Source: the human T2T-CHM13v2.0 reference genome, Homo sapiens
Direction: 5' to 3' (one strand)
Assembly (NCBI RefSeq): GCF_009914755.1
Contig: NC_060947.1
Length of the DNA stretch: 64,000 bases
Translations under genes and position numbers: made by a program
Part shown: in pieces, positions 28,530-43,177 of the stretch
Layout: every line of letters begins with the position of its first letter
How positions within the stretch are numbered: the first letter of the stretch is position 1
The notes under the pieces: model-generated
Told to the model about the DNA's origin: nothing
What the model saw: only the letters and a program-made list of their open reading frames with translations
The model's database searches: none

Positions 28530-28910
28530 GTATTATAGTTTACTTGGAAGTTGACCAAAGGAAGCACCATTAGGGGATTTAGAAATTGAAATGCAAATGA
28601 GGATAAAGCCAGAAAAGGGTATGCTATTACAAGGTTAGTACTATGGGCAACTGGGGCTCACTTCTACTGGAGACATCTGAAATCCGGAACAATATATACC
28701 TGAGAGTTATCCCCTTCCTTTTCCAGGGGAATGTCGGATCTAGTATTTATCCTCTAATTCCCATTTGTCATTTCAAAAGGCACTAACCTTCTTAGGACAT
28801 TAACTTACACATGGGTAAAAGAAAGCCTTCAGGCAGAAATTTGCCTTAGACAAGGTTGTCAGGTACTAGACAGTGAATATTAAGAAAGTATGGAGGAGGT
28901 ACTAGTAGTA
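28530..28910 (-). mobile_element. Old MaLR LTR (MLT1-type) fragment
   Basis: ctatgggcaactggggctca..tacctgagagttatccc..gaaagccttcaggcagaaa. Confidence 0.5.
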
Positions 28911-29550
28911 GCTGATGAAACGCTCAGTTCACTGGACTCATCCTCAATATCCATGTTTATTCTCCCACATGATCCCATAGTTAATTGAATGAGGGGCATG
29001 GAATTGACCTAGAAAAAAAAATCATTACATTCTCTTTCTAGGCATTTCTCTTTGGAACTGAAGAAGCTATTTGGTCTCACCTACTCAGGTAAGTTTGGGG
29101 GCTGAGAGGTAGCACTGTATGCAGCAAGAAAAGCATCAATAATTCCTGACTTCAGATAGAGAAATAAGGCAAATATACATAGAGAGACAAATTGGAGATG
29201 TTTGTTTACTAATGACATTCTAATGGCTTGTTCATATTCTGGGGATGTCTGTCCGTATTGCCTATCCTTGGGTTTCACGGATTATACCTGAGTTTTATAA
29301 GTTTATCCTTCACACTTAAATATACTCTGAATGAACTTAGCAAATGAATTTCCTTCTAGACCCGTTTAAAGAGGATGCACAAGAATACTGGTATATGGAT
29401 AAAAAAACATAGGAGGTTGACAGCCTCCACATTTTACCAAAGTCAGACCAAGTTGGAGTGAGGAAGATGAAGTATATTACCAGATATATAGAGAAAAAAA
29501 TACTATGAGGCACCTTATTATATCTGAGTCAAGTACATTTTCATTTTAAC

Positions 29551-30310
29551 ATTTTTTTTTATTATGGTGAAATATACAAAGCATAAAATTTACCCTTTAA
29601 CCATTTTTAAGTGCACAGTTCAGTAGCATTAAGTGCATTCGCATTGCTGTGCAACCATCACTATTATCTATCTCCACTATTATCTATCCACTATATAATA
29701 TCTCCACTATTATCTATCTTTTTTTATCTTTCCAAGCTGAAACTCTGTACCCAGTGAACAATAATTCCCTCTTTCTCCATTCCACAGCCCCAGGCAAACA
29801 CCATATTATTTTCTGTCTCTATGATTTTGACTAGTCTAGGTACTCACACTATTAATGCACACATGTGTGAAAGAAAGCCCCTGGGCAGTAAGTGGAAGCA
29901 TACAGTGTTTGTCCTTTTGTGACTGGCTTATTTCACTTAGCATAATATCTTCAAGGTTCTTTCATGTTGTAGTATGTGTTGGGATTAAATTTCTTTTTAT
30001 GCTGAGTAATATTCCACTGTATGTATATGCCACATTTTGTTTATGCATTCATCCATCGATGAACACTTAAGTTGCTTCCTCCTTTTGGCTGTTATAAATA
30101 ATGCTGCTATGAACATGGATATACCAATATCTTTTTGAGTCTTTGATTTCAATTTCTTGGATATATATCCTGAAGTGAATTACTGGGTCATATGGTAACT
30201 CTATTTTTAATTTTTTGAAATTGCCATACTCTTTTCTGTAGCACCTGCACCATTTTACATTAGCACCAGTGATGTGTAAGGGCTCCAATTTCTGCATATT
30301 CTTTCCAACT
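29551..30310 (-). mobile_element. L1MB 3' end fragment
   Basis: ttattatggtgaaatatacaaagcataaaatttacc..aagtgcacagttcagtagcattaagtgcattc; ORF 30067..30297 has LKIELPYDP. Confidence 0.88.
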
Positions 30311-30504
30311 GGGTCAAATAACTTTTAATAAAGATTCATAGTATCTTCATCCAAGAGAGGTTTAGAATTACACATTCTTGTTTTTCTGGTCACAGTTGTT
30401 GCTAAGAACTGCTCCCTAGTAGAATTAACTTTCTTAGGGCATTAACTGACACATGTGTGAAAGAAAGCCCCTAGGCAGAAATTTGAAGTAGTTATACTTA
30501 AAAA

Positions 30505-33070
30505 CTTGTTTTTAATATTCTTTCTTAAATTAAAATTTTAAATTTACATGCAGTTGTAAAGATAAAAAAGTGACATCTCATATATCCTTTACCCAGTTAC
30601 CCCAATAGTAATATATTGCAAAACTATAGTATAATAGCCCAAAAAGATATTGACATGGATATATATACTCAAAATACACAACAGTGCCATTACCAGGCTC
30701 CTTTAATATTGTCCTTTTGTACCCAAGCTCCTTCCCATGCCATCCCAATCCCCTATTTTACCCCTGGCAGCCACTTGTATGTTCTCCATTTCTATAATTT
30801 TGTCATTTCAAAAATATTACATAAGTGGGATCATCCAGTATGTTCCATTTAGGGATTGGATTTTTTCATTCAGCATAATTCTCTGGAGATTTAACCAGGT
30901 TGTTGTACCTAAATAATATGTTCCTTTATATCACAGAGTAGTATTCCGTAGCATGAATCTTTGTAATATTCACATGGCTAACATAATATGTTTAGCCATT
31001 TAACTATTAAAAGATATCTACATTGTTCACATTTTTTGGCTACTAAAAAGTAAATTTGCCATGAACTTTCATGTACAGATTTTTGTGTGAACACGTACTT
31101 TATTTATTAGGGATGAATGCCCAAGAGTGCAGTTGCTGAGTCATATGGCAGTTGCATGTTTAGTTTTATTAAAAACTGACATATTGTTTTCAGAGTGGTT
31201 TTGCTGCTCCCCATTCCCACCAATAATGTATGTAAAATCCAGTTTCTCCACATCTTCAAAAGCATTTGGTCTGTTCATGTCCTTTGCCCACATTTAATGG
31301 GTTTGTTTGTCGTTTACTTGTAAATTTGTTTAAGTTCCGTGTAGATTCTGGATATTAGACCTTTGTCAGGTGGATAGATTGCAAAAATATTCTCCAGTTA
31401 TGTAGGTTGTCTCATCACTCTGATGATAGTTACTTTTGCTGTGCAGATGCTCCACAGTTTAATTAGATGCCGTTTGTCAATTTTGGCTTTTGTTGCAATT
31501 GCTTTTGATTTTTTTGTGATGAAATCTTTGCCCATGCCTATGTCCTGAATGGTACTCCAAGATTTTCTTCTAGGGTTTTTATAGTTTTAGGTTTTACATT
31601 TAAGTCTTTAGTCCTTCTTGAGTTAATTTTTATATAAGGTATAAGGAAAGGGTCCAGTTTCTATTTTCTGCACATGGCTAGCCAGTTTTCCCAGCACCAT
31701 TTATTAAATAGAGAATCCTTTCCTCATTGCTTGTTTTTGTCAGGTTTGTCGATGATCAGATGGTTGTAGATGTTTGGTCTTATTTCTGAGGTCTTTATTC
31801 TGTTCCATTGGTCTGTGTGTCTGTTTTCATTTTGTTTTTTTTGTTGGTTACTGTACCCCTGTCATATAGTTTGAAGTCTGGTAGTGTGATGCCTCCAGCT
31901 TCATTCTTTTTTGCTTAGGATCGTCTTTCTATACCGGCCCTTTTTTGGTTCCATATGAACTTTAAGGTAGTTTTCTTCTAATTCTGGGAAGGATGTCAAT
32001 GGTAGTTTAATGGGAATAACATTGAATCTATAAATTACTTTGGGCAGTATGGCCATTTTCATGATATTGATTCTTCCTATTCATGAGCACGGGATGTTTT
32101 TCCATTTGTTTGTGTCCTCTCTTATTTCCTTTAGCAGTGGTTTGAAATTCTCCTTGAAGAGGTCCTTCACTTCCTTTGTTAGCTATATTCCTAGGTATTT
32201 TATTATCTTTGTAGCAATTGCGAATGGGAGCTCATTCATGATTTGGCTCTCTGCTTTTCTGTTGTTTGTGTATAGGAATGCTTGTGATTTTTGCACATTG
32301 ATTTTGAATCCTGAGACTTTGCTGAAGTTGCTTATCAGCTTAAGGAGATTTGGGGCTGAGATGATGGGTTTTTCTAGATGATAGACTGGATAAAGAAAAT
32401 GTGGTACATATACACCATGGAATACTATGCAGCCATAAAAAGGAACAAGATCATGTCCTTTGCAGGGACATGGATGGAGCTTACCTCAGCAAACTAACAC
32501 AGGAACAGAAAACCAGACACCACATGTTCTCACTTTTAAGTGGGAGCTGAATGATGAGAACAACTGGACACAGGGAGGGGAACAACACACACTGCAGCCT
32601 GTCAGGGGGCAAGGGGACAGAGAGCATCAGGATAAATACTTAATGCACACGGGGCTTAATACCTACGTGATGGATTGATAGGTGCAGCAAATCACCATGG
32701 CACATGTTTACCTATATAACAAACCTGTACCTCCTGCACATGTACCCTGGAACTTAAAATTAAATTGAATTTTTAAAAAATTTGGTCTTTTCAATATTTT
32801 TAATCTTAGCCATCCTGATACGTGTATAATAATACCTCATTGTGATTTAAATTGCATTTCCAAAATGGCTGATAATGTTGAATATGTTTTAATAGGTTAA
32901 TTGCTCTATACAATTCCTATTCCATGAAATGTATATTTATGTTTATGTCTCATTTTATAGTCAGATTGCTTTGTCATTATTGGGTACTGCTGAGTCTTAA
33001 AAAATTCTAATACATTGTAGATAGTATTTATTTGTCAGATATACATAGAGTTTAGTTTGCAGATATTTTC
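30505..33070 (-). mobile_element. Old L1MC/MD-type 3' region, interrupted at 31273-32779
   Basis: catgcagttgtaa..ctttacccagttaccccaatagtaatatattgcaaaactatagta; host sequence reads through across the insertion. Confidence 0.7.
31273..32779 (+). mobile_element. 5'-inverted L1PA (twin-priming structure)
   Basis: 31273-32378 is antisense ORF2; 32378-32779 is the sense L1 3' end with tail; TSD atttggtct at 31264-31272 and 32780-32788. Confidence 0.88.
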
Positions 33071-34400
33071 TTTTTTATTTAACTTTTATTTTAAGTTCAG
33101 GAGTACATGTGCAGGTTTCCTATATAGGTGAAGTTGCGTCATGGAGGGTTGTTGTACAGATTATTTCATCACCCAGATATTAAGCCTAGTACCCATTAGT
33201 TATTATTCCACATCCTCTCCCTCCTCCCACACTCCACCCTTTGATAGGCCCCAGTGTGTCTTGTTTCCCTCTGTGTGTCCATGTGTTCTCATCATTTAGC
33301 TCCCACTTATAAGTGAGAACATTCAGTATTTGTTTTTCTGTTTCTGCATTAGTTTGCTAAGGATAATGACCTCCAACTCCATCCATGTCCCTGCAAAGAC
33401 CATGGTCTCATTCATTTTTATGGTTACATAGTATTCCATGGTGTGTATGGACCACATTTTCTTTATCCAGTCTACCATTGATGGGCATTTAGGTCGATTT
33501 TATGGCTTTGCTATTGTGAATAGTGCTGCAGTGAACACACGTGTGCATGTGTCTTCACAACAGAATGATTTATAGTCCTTTGGGTATATACCCAGTAATG
33601 AGATTGCTGAGTCGAATGGTATCTCTGTCTTTAGATCTGTGAAGAATCACCTCACTGTCTTCCAAAATGGTTGAACTAATTTACACTCACGTCAACAGTG
33701 TATAAACATTTCTTTTTCTCTGTAACCTCAGCAGCATCTGTTATTTTTTGACTTTTTAATAATAGCCATTCTGACTGGTGTGCAATGGTATCTCATTGTG
33801 GTTTTGATTTGCATTTCTCTAATGATAAGTGATGTGAGCTTTTCATATGATTGTTCACCCCATGTATGTTTTCTTTTCAGAAGTATCTGTTCATGTCTTT
33901 TGCCCACTTTTTAATGGGGTTGGGTTTGTTTGTTTGTTTTGTAAATTTGCTAAGATTCCTTGTAGATTCTGGATATTAGACCTTTGTCAGATAAATCCAT
34001 TGCAAAAATTTTCTCCCACTCTGTAGGTTATCTGTTTACTCTGTTGAGAGTTTCTTTTGCTGTGCAGATCTTAATTTAATTAGATCTCATTAGTCAATTT
34101 TTGCTTTTGTTGCAACTGCTTTTGCTGTCTTTGTCATGAAATCTTTACCTGTGCCTATGTCCTGAATGGTATCGCCTAGGTTGTCTTCTAAGGTTTTTAT
34201 AGTTTTGAGTTTTACATTTAAGTCTTTAATTCATCCAGATCTGATTTTTGTATATGTTGAAATGAAGACGTCCAGTTTTAATCTTCTGCATATGGCTAGC
34301 CAGTTTTCCCAGCACCATTTATCGAATAGGGAATCCTGTCCTCATTGCTTGTTTTTGTCAGATTTGTCAAAGATCAGATAGTTGTAGGTTTGTGGTCTTA
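33071..34400 (-). mobile_element. 5'-truncated older L1PA/L1PB
   Basis: ttttattttaagttcaggagtacatgtgcaggttt..acagattatttcatcacccag followed by ORF2 3' sequence. Confidence 0.88.
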
Positions 34401-35975
34401 TATATTTACTCTTTATGTAAGATGTCACACATTACTGTAGCTACTTTGAAAATTTTTTGTTTTCAATTTTCATTAGTTTGACCTTGCTGTGTGTTAAGTG
34501 TGGATTTTTTGTGTTTCTTTTTTTGTTTGGGTTTTTTCAGCTTGTCAAATCTATAGATGTATATCTTTTGCCAAATTTTGGAATTTTTCATTAATTATTT
34601 TTATAATTACATTTTCAGCCCTACCTTTTTTTTTTCTCTGCTATTTCCAGAACTCTGATGGCATTAATACTAGATATTTTGATATGGATTAAAAGGTTCC
34701 TAAGTCTGTTTGTAATTCTACTTTCTCACTGTTACTCAGTTTTGATAGTTTCTATTGTTCCATCTTCCAGTTCATTGATTTTTTTTTTTTTTCTTATATT
34801 GCCTGTTTCTTTGCTGGGACATTCAATCTTTGCTGATAGTTTTTATTTTTGTTTGGTTCAAACATATTCATAATGTTTGTTGAAGCTTTTATTTTATCAT
34901 TTGTTGAAGGCAACTGCTTTAAAATACTTGTCAGATCACTCTAACACCTCTGCAATCCTGGTGTGGGGATCTATTGGTCAACTTTTTTCATTCAGATTAA
35001 GGCTTTTTGGTTTGGGATATGAAGAATACTTTTGTTTTTATTTGAAACCTGGACATTTTAGATATCATGTTATGAGTCTCTGTGTCTTATTTAAACTTTC
35101 TGTTTTAGGTGGTTTCATACAATAACAGTCCAACAGGGAAAGGGAGACACCACAGTTTTACAGCCAGGTGGAAGTAGAAGTCCAGGTTCTTCACTTGGCC
35201 TCTTTGATATTCAACGTGGATGCGCCTCTTGTTGTTGCTGGGTAGGGTAGAAGTTTGAGCTCTCCACTTGACCTTAAGTGACACTTTTCTGTTGGGAGGC
35301 AGAAGTACTTGGTTATTGCTACTCACATGACCTTCAGTGACACCACAAAGAGGGTGTCATCACAGTTAAGAGGTGATGAAAATCCTGTTTCTTCACTATT
35401 CTTCCTTTGAATACACCCTAATTAGGAGGGCAGGAGTGTCTTATTACTGCAGGGTATAAGTGGATATCCTGCCCTCCATGTTGTCTTCTCTGTCACTGTG
35501 AGTGGGACAGAGCCTTATTACCACCGAGCAGGAATGAATGTGAAATCCCTGCTCCCTACTTGTGCTTCTCTGACACCACCTCAGTGAGGGGTCGTGGCAC
35601 TTCATTACAGTCTGACAAGTGTGAGTGGGAATGTCAAATTCTCAGCCTCCATTTGTTCTTTATTGGTGAAGGTGAAGGGGAGGGCTCCCTCAATGACATT
35701 TTACAGTGTTTGGTTGGAATATAGCAGATTGTCTAAATGTTCGTTCTGCTATGCTGACCTTTTCTTAGTCTTTTTTCTAAAGAGGGAAGGCTTTTTTTTT
35801 TTTTGAAAACTCACCGCTGTGTTGTTTCCTGAGTTCAGAGCTTCTTATCTACTTTATTCCCTTTTCTCCATATTTCAGTTATACACTTAAATAACTTAGA
35901 AGTTATTTTAGTTATACTAAGTGGGAGGAATAGAAAAAAGTTTATCTACTCCATCTTTACAGAAAAGGAAATCCA
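34400..35975 (-). mobile_element. Degraded old L1M sequence
   Basis: tcttttgccaaattttggaattttt..ccatcttccagttcattgattt..ctactccatctt resemble old L1 ORF1/5' regions. Confidence 0.45.
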
Positions 35976-36128
35976 TCTTTACATTTATTTAATTCAGAGA
36001 AAAAAAAATAGCATGCCTGCTTTCATTTCCACCAGTATCTTTGTCATCCATTTATTTCAAAAGTCAAAAGGAGTGCAGAGCTATTCACCTATCAATCCCA
36101 TTCTATGGTAAATCAATTTTCAATGTGA

Positions 36129-36518
<390 letters not shown>

Positions 36519-37544
36519 TAAGAGAAATTCTAAAATTTAGGGGCATAAAGTTAAGCCCAATGCAGTCAAGGTGAATGGAACTGTGAAGTGATGAGCTTCT
36601 GAATGCTCTGATCTCACAAAGACTCCCCAGCATTTGAGACCAGGCCTCTCTTTTTGTCTGGTAGTGCTCTTGCCCCAAATACAGGCTTGAGAAATCCCAA
36701 CAATCATTTCCTATCTTTTTCATTCAATAGCTTCAGGCAATTGATACTTAAATTATTGCTATAAATTTTGTAAATATAAGTTAAATTTCAAATTCTTTAA
36801 AAAAATCATTTCATCTCTCCTTATTGTAAACTTACTGACCAAAATAAAACAGCCAAATGCTTTGATTAAATGAAGATTCAAACATTATGTCTATAATTCT
36901 GTAAGAAAATGTCCCAGTTTTATCTCAGTATTTATTTGTGTCTTAGATACTCAATAATTGCATTTTTCTGCAATAACATATTACAATAAAATAAATGACT
37001 GAAGAATAGCTTATATTGCTGACACAGATCACAGTGTGTCACTAATGGAGTATTAACTGCTTTTTAAGCAACTGGATAAATCTGCTGATTCATAAGAGAC
37101 TCATGTAAAGGAAATCCAATTCATGGTGGGGCTCTTACCACTTCTACGGGCATAAAACACCTTCTTCCATATTATCCTTGTTTCAGTCATGGGAATATTG
37201 AGAGTAGCACCTGACTTGTAACAAGATCTTTTAACTGGGAGAGTTGACACATTTAATAATATGTCAAGTCTACTATTTAAGGGACAGACACTGCTCAAAA
37301 TAAAAATGGTATTTAAGAATATCTTTCATGTAAAAATAATCCCCAGGGAACAAGGGTTTGCTCCATTTCAAAGATCAGAAAAGCAGTGCTGAAAGAGCAT
37401 TATGAGCTTTTCAGAGACAAAAAAAAAACTATGACTTTAGCTTCATCCCTGGGAATCCCTACGTGATTTTATATCTAGGACAACCACTCACAGAGGCCCA
37501 TGCAAAACTTTAACAGAAGCAAAACATAGCACTTAAGCAGATAT

Positions 37545-37984
<440 letters not shown>

Positions 37985-38499
37985 TAGTTCCATCTGAAGC
38001 ATGGTTTGGAAATGGGGCTGTGCTTTTCTTACAGGTATGCATATGATTTATCATTTTTTGAAAGAATAATACGGTAAATTTGAAAATAAGATATGTATAA
38101 GAAAAACGTGACATTTATAATGTATTTTTATGAATTTCAAAAAAGATAAATATTTAAAATAACACTCTTCACTTAGACTCATATCACAGTCCTCCAAGAA
38201 TGGATACCTGTAGTAGTTATTTAAACAATAGCTTACAAGAAGTTGTGTAAATTGTGGTGGCTACATAGGTATATGCAGGCTGTAAATTGTTTTTAAGTTG
38301 TTAACATCTACATTTAGGAATAGAAAATTATGATACCAAATCTACATTTCAGCATCACTTGCTCCTGAATGCAGCATATAAGTTCTATTGCCTATGCAGA
38401 TAGATGATCCAGAAATATGACTTGGTGACTCAGAAAGAATATGTGGAAATCATCAGTCCCGAAGTATCAAATAGGATCTTTTACACTATTGGATAAATA

Positions 38500-39270
38500 A
38501 TTTCACATCTATTAAAAATATTTTAGTAAGTAAACAAGTCTCAAATATAAAGCTCAAAGAATTTTTACATATGTACCAGATCAAGATGTAGAATTTATCC
38601 CCCTATCTAGATAGCTTGTTTGTGCCTGTTTAATATTCCCCAGAAAGTAGCAACAATTTCAAATGCTATCACTATGAAATTGTTTTGGTTGTTTTGGACT
38701 TCTTAGAAATGAAATCATAATTTGTTCTCTTTTCTGTTTGGCTTTCTTTCACCCAATATTTTGTCTGTGAGATTCATTCACATTTTTGAATATATCAGTT
38801 TTCAATTCCTTTTTATTTCTGAGTTATTTCCCATTATATGTACATATTAGGTATATTTATCCTTTCATGTGTGGATGGACCTCTGTGTTGTTCCAGGATT
38901 TTTGTCATTATATATAAAGCTCCCAAGAAAAAATTCTTGTTCATGTTTTTTGGTGCATATGTGTACGCATTTCTATTATATATATAGCTGAGGGTACATT
39001 TTCTGGATGCTAGAGTATTTGTTTTTGGCTTTATCATTTGCTAGTACAAATTTTTCCAAAATCGTCTTACCAATCTAACCACCAATCAACAATGTGTAAA
39101 AGTTCCAGTTACTTTATAACAGCAAGAACTCATCTCAGCACGTGGTATTCTCAGTCCTTTTAATTTTAGCTATTCTGGAAGTGGCCTACTGATACCTCAC
39201 TGAAGTTTAAACTTGCATTTCCTGATGACTTAAGATGTTGAACACCTTTTCCTACACTAGTTAGCAATCT
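38500..39270 (-). mobile_element. Old L1ME-type 3' fragment
   Basis: gtgagattcattcaca..gatggacctctgtgttgttccagg..ttttaattttagctattctgg..gcatttcctgatgact..gatgttgaacaccttttc. Confidence 0.65.
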
Positions 39271-39571
39271 GAATTGGAAGTGAACTAGTTTAATTTTAAA
39301 AGGTAGAAATTAAATGTTTTTATTTTTTTCATACATATTAGGTAAAAACAGTTGTCATTTCACAAAATTCCCCAAAACCATTCACTATTATTCCAAACTT
39401 GAAGAGAAGAAATCAGAATCACATAAGAAAGCCAAACATCAGTGGTAAGAAAGTACTGTAACTGCCAAGCTTTAGCTCAACAGAGCTTCTCTGATCTTTT
39501 GCTTTTTGTTCTCTGCTAATCATCAAAAATACAGAGCAGGCTGTCTGTCACAAACCATCAGGGAGGCATAT

Positions 39572-39944
39572 TTTATTAGTCTATTTTCACACTGTTATAA
39601 AAAATATCACCTGAGACTGGGTAATTTATAAAGGAAAGAGGTTTAATTGACTAACAGTTCCATATGATTGGGGAGGCCTCAGGAAACTTACAATCATGGT
39701 GGAAGGCAAAGTGGAAGCAAGGCACGTCTTAGATGGTGGCAGGAGAGATTTATAGAGTGAAGGGGGAACTGCCAAACCCTTTAAAAACCATGATCTCTCA
39801 TGAGAACTCATTCACTATTACGAGAACAGCATGGGGGAAGCTGCACCCATGATCAAATCACTTCCCACCAGGTCCCACCCTGAACACATGGGGATTACAA
39901 TTCCAGATGAGATTTAGGCAGGGACACAGAGCCAAACCATATCA
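39572..39944 (-). mobile_element. THE1 solo LTR (THE1C/D-like)
   Basis: tattagtc..cctgagactgggtaatttataaaggaaagaggtttaattgac..gggacacagagccaaaccatatca; 5-bp TSD catat/catgt. Confidence 0.9.
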
Positions 39945-41042
39945 CATGTGATAACATTAATGAAATTAGTTACATCTCAAAAGTGGTAACTGTTAGAATA
40001 GTACAAGGATTAAGAAGTTATATTAAGATTTTATAAGATATGATCAGTGGCATTTTATTTGCCACACATGGGTGTTTTATAATTTGGTCTGCACACTGAA
40101 TCATAATTATGCACAAATTACTTATGATGTATATGAATATGAATGTGCATAACATAAAACTATGTAGAGACACATGCTACTATAAATAAATACTCATCCA
40201 AAAAGCTCTTGATAGTTCATTAAGCCTCATAATTTGTTGGAGGCTCATAAATGACAAAGATTATACATTTTTCTGAAGGCAAAAGGCAGAATTCCAGTGA
40301 GTCTCAGGTCTTAGAAGAAAGAATAACCTCACACTCTGGCGTAAATATTGGAGTCAGATGGTGGTGTCTTAAATTCTTATAACAACTAATCATATTGGGA
40401 GTTTGGCTGCAAATGCAGCCATCTCCAGTCCACTGATCTGAATATTCCTGGGCTACCAATCATTTAACATTTGTCTACAAGTGCTATAGCTGTGTCACCA
40501 TTACTGACTACATACACAGAAATAAATGGAGCTAAGTTGCTTTTGTCTTAAAATCGGACATATTTGAAGTTTATTGAAGCATTTGCCTGATAAGACAAAC
40601 TTTGGAGTCAGACTTCAGTTTGAGTCTTGAGTAAGTAACTTAACAATGATCTGAATCTCCATTTCCCTCATTGTAATATGGAAGCCAGTTTCCACTGTCT
40701 CCACCTTTTCATTGAGTTTTAAAGATAGTATATGTTAAATAACTGCAAATTGAAACAGACTAAGGTAATAATACAAAATGTTGTTTATACTAAACTTTTG
40801 CAACTTATGAGAGTTCTTGTCTTCCCAAAGAAAGTGCAAAAAATAAAAATAAGGTGGTAAATTTAGAAGTTTTTAGATTGACCATTGTTGGATGGTTGTT
40901 GGTGCTTGATATGTTTCTGTGAGGATTCCTTGTATACTTCTGTCCACTTTTGTTTATTTTCAAAATTTTCCAAAATGTAAAATTCAAAAAGAAGCACTTT
41001 AAATTAAAATACTATAAGTCATAGGAGGAAAACATTGCAATG

Positions 41043-41235
41043 CAGTATTTCTCAAAGAGGTGTCCCTGAGACCAGCAGCATCAACAGCTATATGGGATCT
41101 GGTATAAAATGCAAATTATTGGGTACCATCCCAAATCAACTAGATCAGAAACTTTGAGGGTGGGTTTCAGCAATTTATTTTTTTAACATGCCCTCCAGGT
41201 GATTTGGATGCAAGACTAAATAATGGGAACCACTG
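41043..41235. mobile_element. MER5A hAT MITE
   Basis: TIRs cagtatttctcaaa..gggaaccactg; internal accagcagcatca..aaatgcaaatt..atcagaaact..ccctccaggtgatt. Confidence 0.85.
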
Positions 41236-43177
41236 ATGAAACAAAAATATTATTCTGGAAGTTAAGGGATCTGAATTTTAGTTCAGGATCAATTGGTTTG
41301 GCAACCTTGGACAAGCCACATACTTTCTCTGAATATCAGTTCTCTCATCTCCAAATGAGGTCTGGATCATATAACTTCCTGGGCTTTTTCTACCTTAGCC
41401 TTCTAGGATGACCCTGAAACACACAAATTAGGTAAGGAAGTATGATCTCTGAGAAACTACTATCTAGAATTTGGTAAATTATATGAATTGGGAGCTTTGT
41501 TGACTACACAAAGGGCTAACAATTAAACCAGTTGTGGCTTTAATTAATAGGTTCTTTGTATGTAGCTGGGAGAGTATGAATTTTCATCTCCACATACAAT
41601 TTGAAATGTAAATTTTCCTTTACAAATAGAAAGTGTTTCAGGTTTCTTATTACAATAGTCACTGATTTTACTATTAAGCCTAGATGACTTGGGGTGATTT
41701 GCTTGTGTTGTTGTAATTGTGTGTTTTTGTTTGATGCAGAATGGGGACTTATATTTTCTATAACTGTAACTCATTTGAGAACTAACACTTAGGTTCTTAA
41801 CTATAACTATTTATAAATAGCAACTTATGAACCTAAAAAGTATTTGCAAAGTACTTTTAAGCACTAATACTTGTCAGGAGTTTGTGTAAGTAAGTCTGCC
41901 ACACTCCTCTGGTTCAACACAAGATGTTAAAAAGTTTACAGTGTCATGAAATTTTGGCCACTCTGAATTATGTTTAGAGAGAACAGAGAGAATACGAAGT
42001 GAGGGGAAGAGATTAAGAATCCTTTCTACAGATTTCTACCATCAATTGGCAGGACCTTTCTGCGGCTGAACACTTACAAATATTAGCAACATAATGAGGA
42101 CAGTCAAGCACGTTGGACCTGGAGGAGTGTGAGCAAAGGCCTCATTCAGAAACATAAGAAACTGGGAGCTCATTTTCTTATCAGATGTGATTAAACTATG
42201 AGAAGGCAAGCAAGAACTTCCTTTATTGTCATCCCATGTAACCCTGTAGATTCTGATAATGCTTCTGGCACTGCTTACTCCTTTCAGTCACTATTAAAGA
42301 GCAATTAAATGGGAGATCAGGAAGTTGTAATGCTTCTGGGCCCTCTACGTTCAGGGAATGTAATGCGTAGGGCTAAGAAAAAGGGGTCCATCCTCAATAA
42401 AAAGCCACAGGAAGTCCCTTCCATCCCAAATGGTCTATTGGTGCAGATTTAAAGTGTCTTGTGGATAACAAAGATACCTGATTTTTTAAAACCCAAAACA
42501 TTGTTGTTATTTACTAATCCTTGAAGAAATGACAGCAATAAGCTGGAATAATTCTGCACATGGAGCAAGCAAGAGGCTTGCAATGCTCTATTTATGGAGA
42601 TTTATAGCAAAGGTAAAGACAGGTGTTTATTTGTTTCTTAAAGCAAGTTGAATCTCCCTGGATGCATACACTAGCCAAGATGAAACAATTCAGGTGTTTC
42701 AGCTGGTCAAGGTCTCTAGGTGGACATTATTATTTAGAGAATAAATTAAAAGAGATAAGAGCAATGAAGTGTGGACAGAATTTGATGCTTACTTTACTCA
42801 CATTCAGCTGAGGTTATAGATATAGATTGAAAAGCAGGGAGGGTGTCACAGTAAAGGTAGACATCTAATGCTGACACGTATCTATGTTCAGCCTGCTTTA
42901 TTTGACCCATATAATTTAGAAAGGTTTTACATAATAAAGTTACTCCCTACTCTTCCTGGTGACCCTTAATTGTTTGCACTCAAACAAGGTGGTAAGAGAC
43001 TTTCAGTTCCAACCAAGACTGAGAAGACCCCCCTGTCCTTCCAGGTTCTCCCTCTTACAACTTAAACTCTGGATATAATACAACACAAAATCATGAGAAG
43101 ACTCTGAAACATGGAAAGAAGGTGGGTTGCCTAGGGACCTTGTGACTTGAAGAACAATATGGCAATGAATTCCCTGG

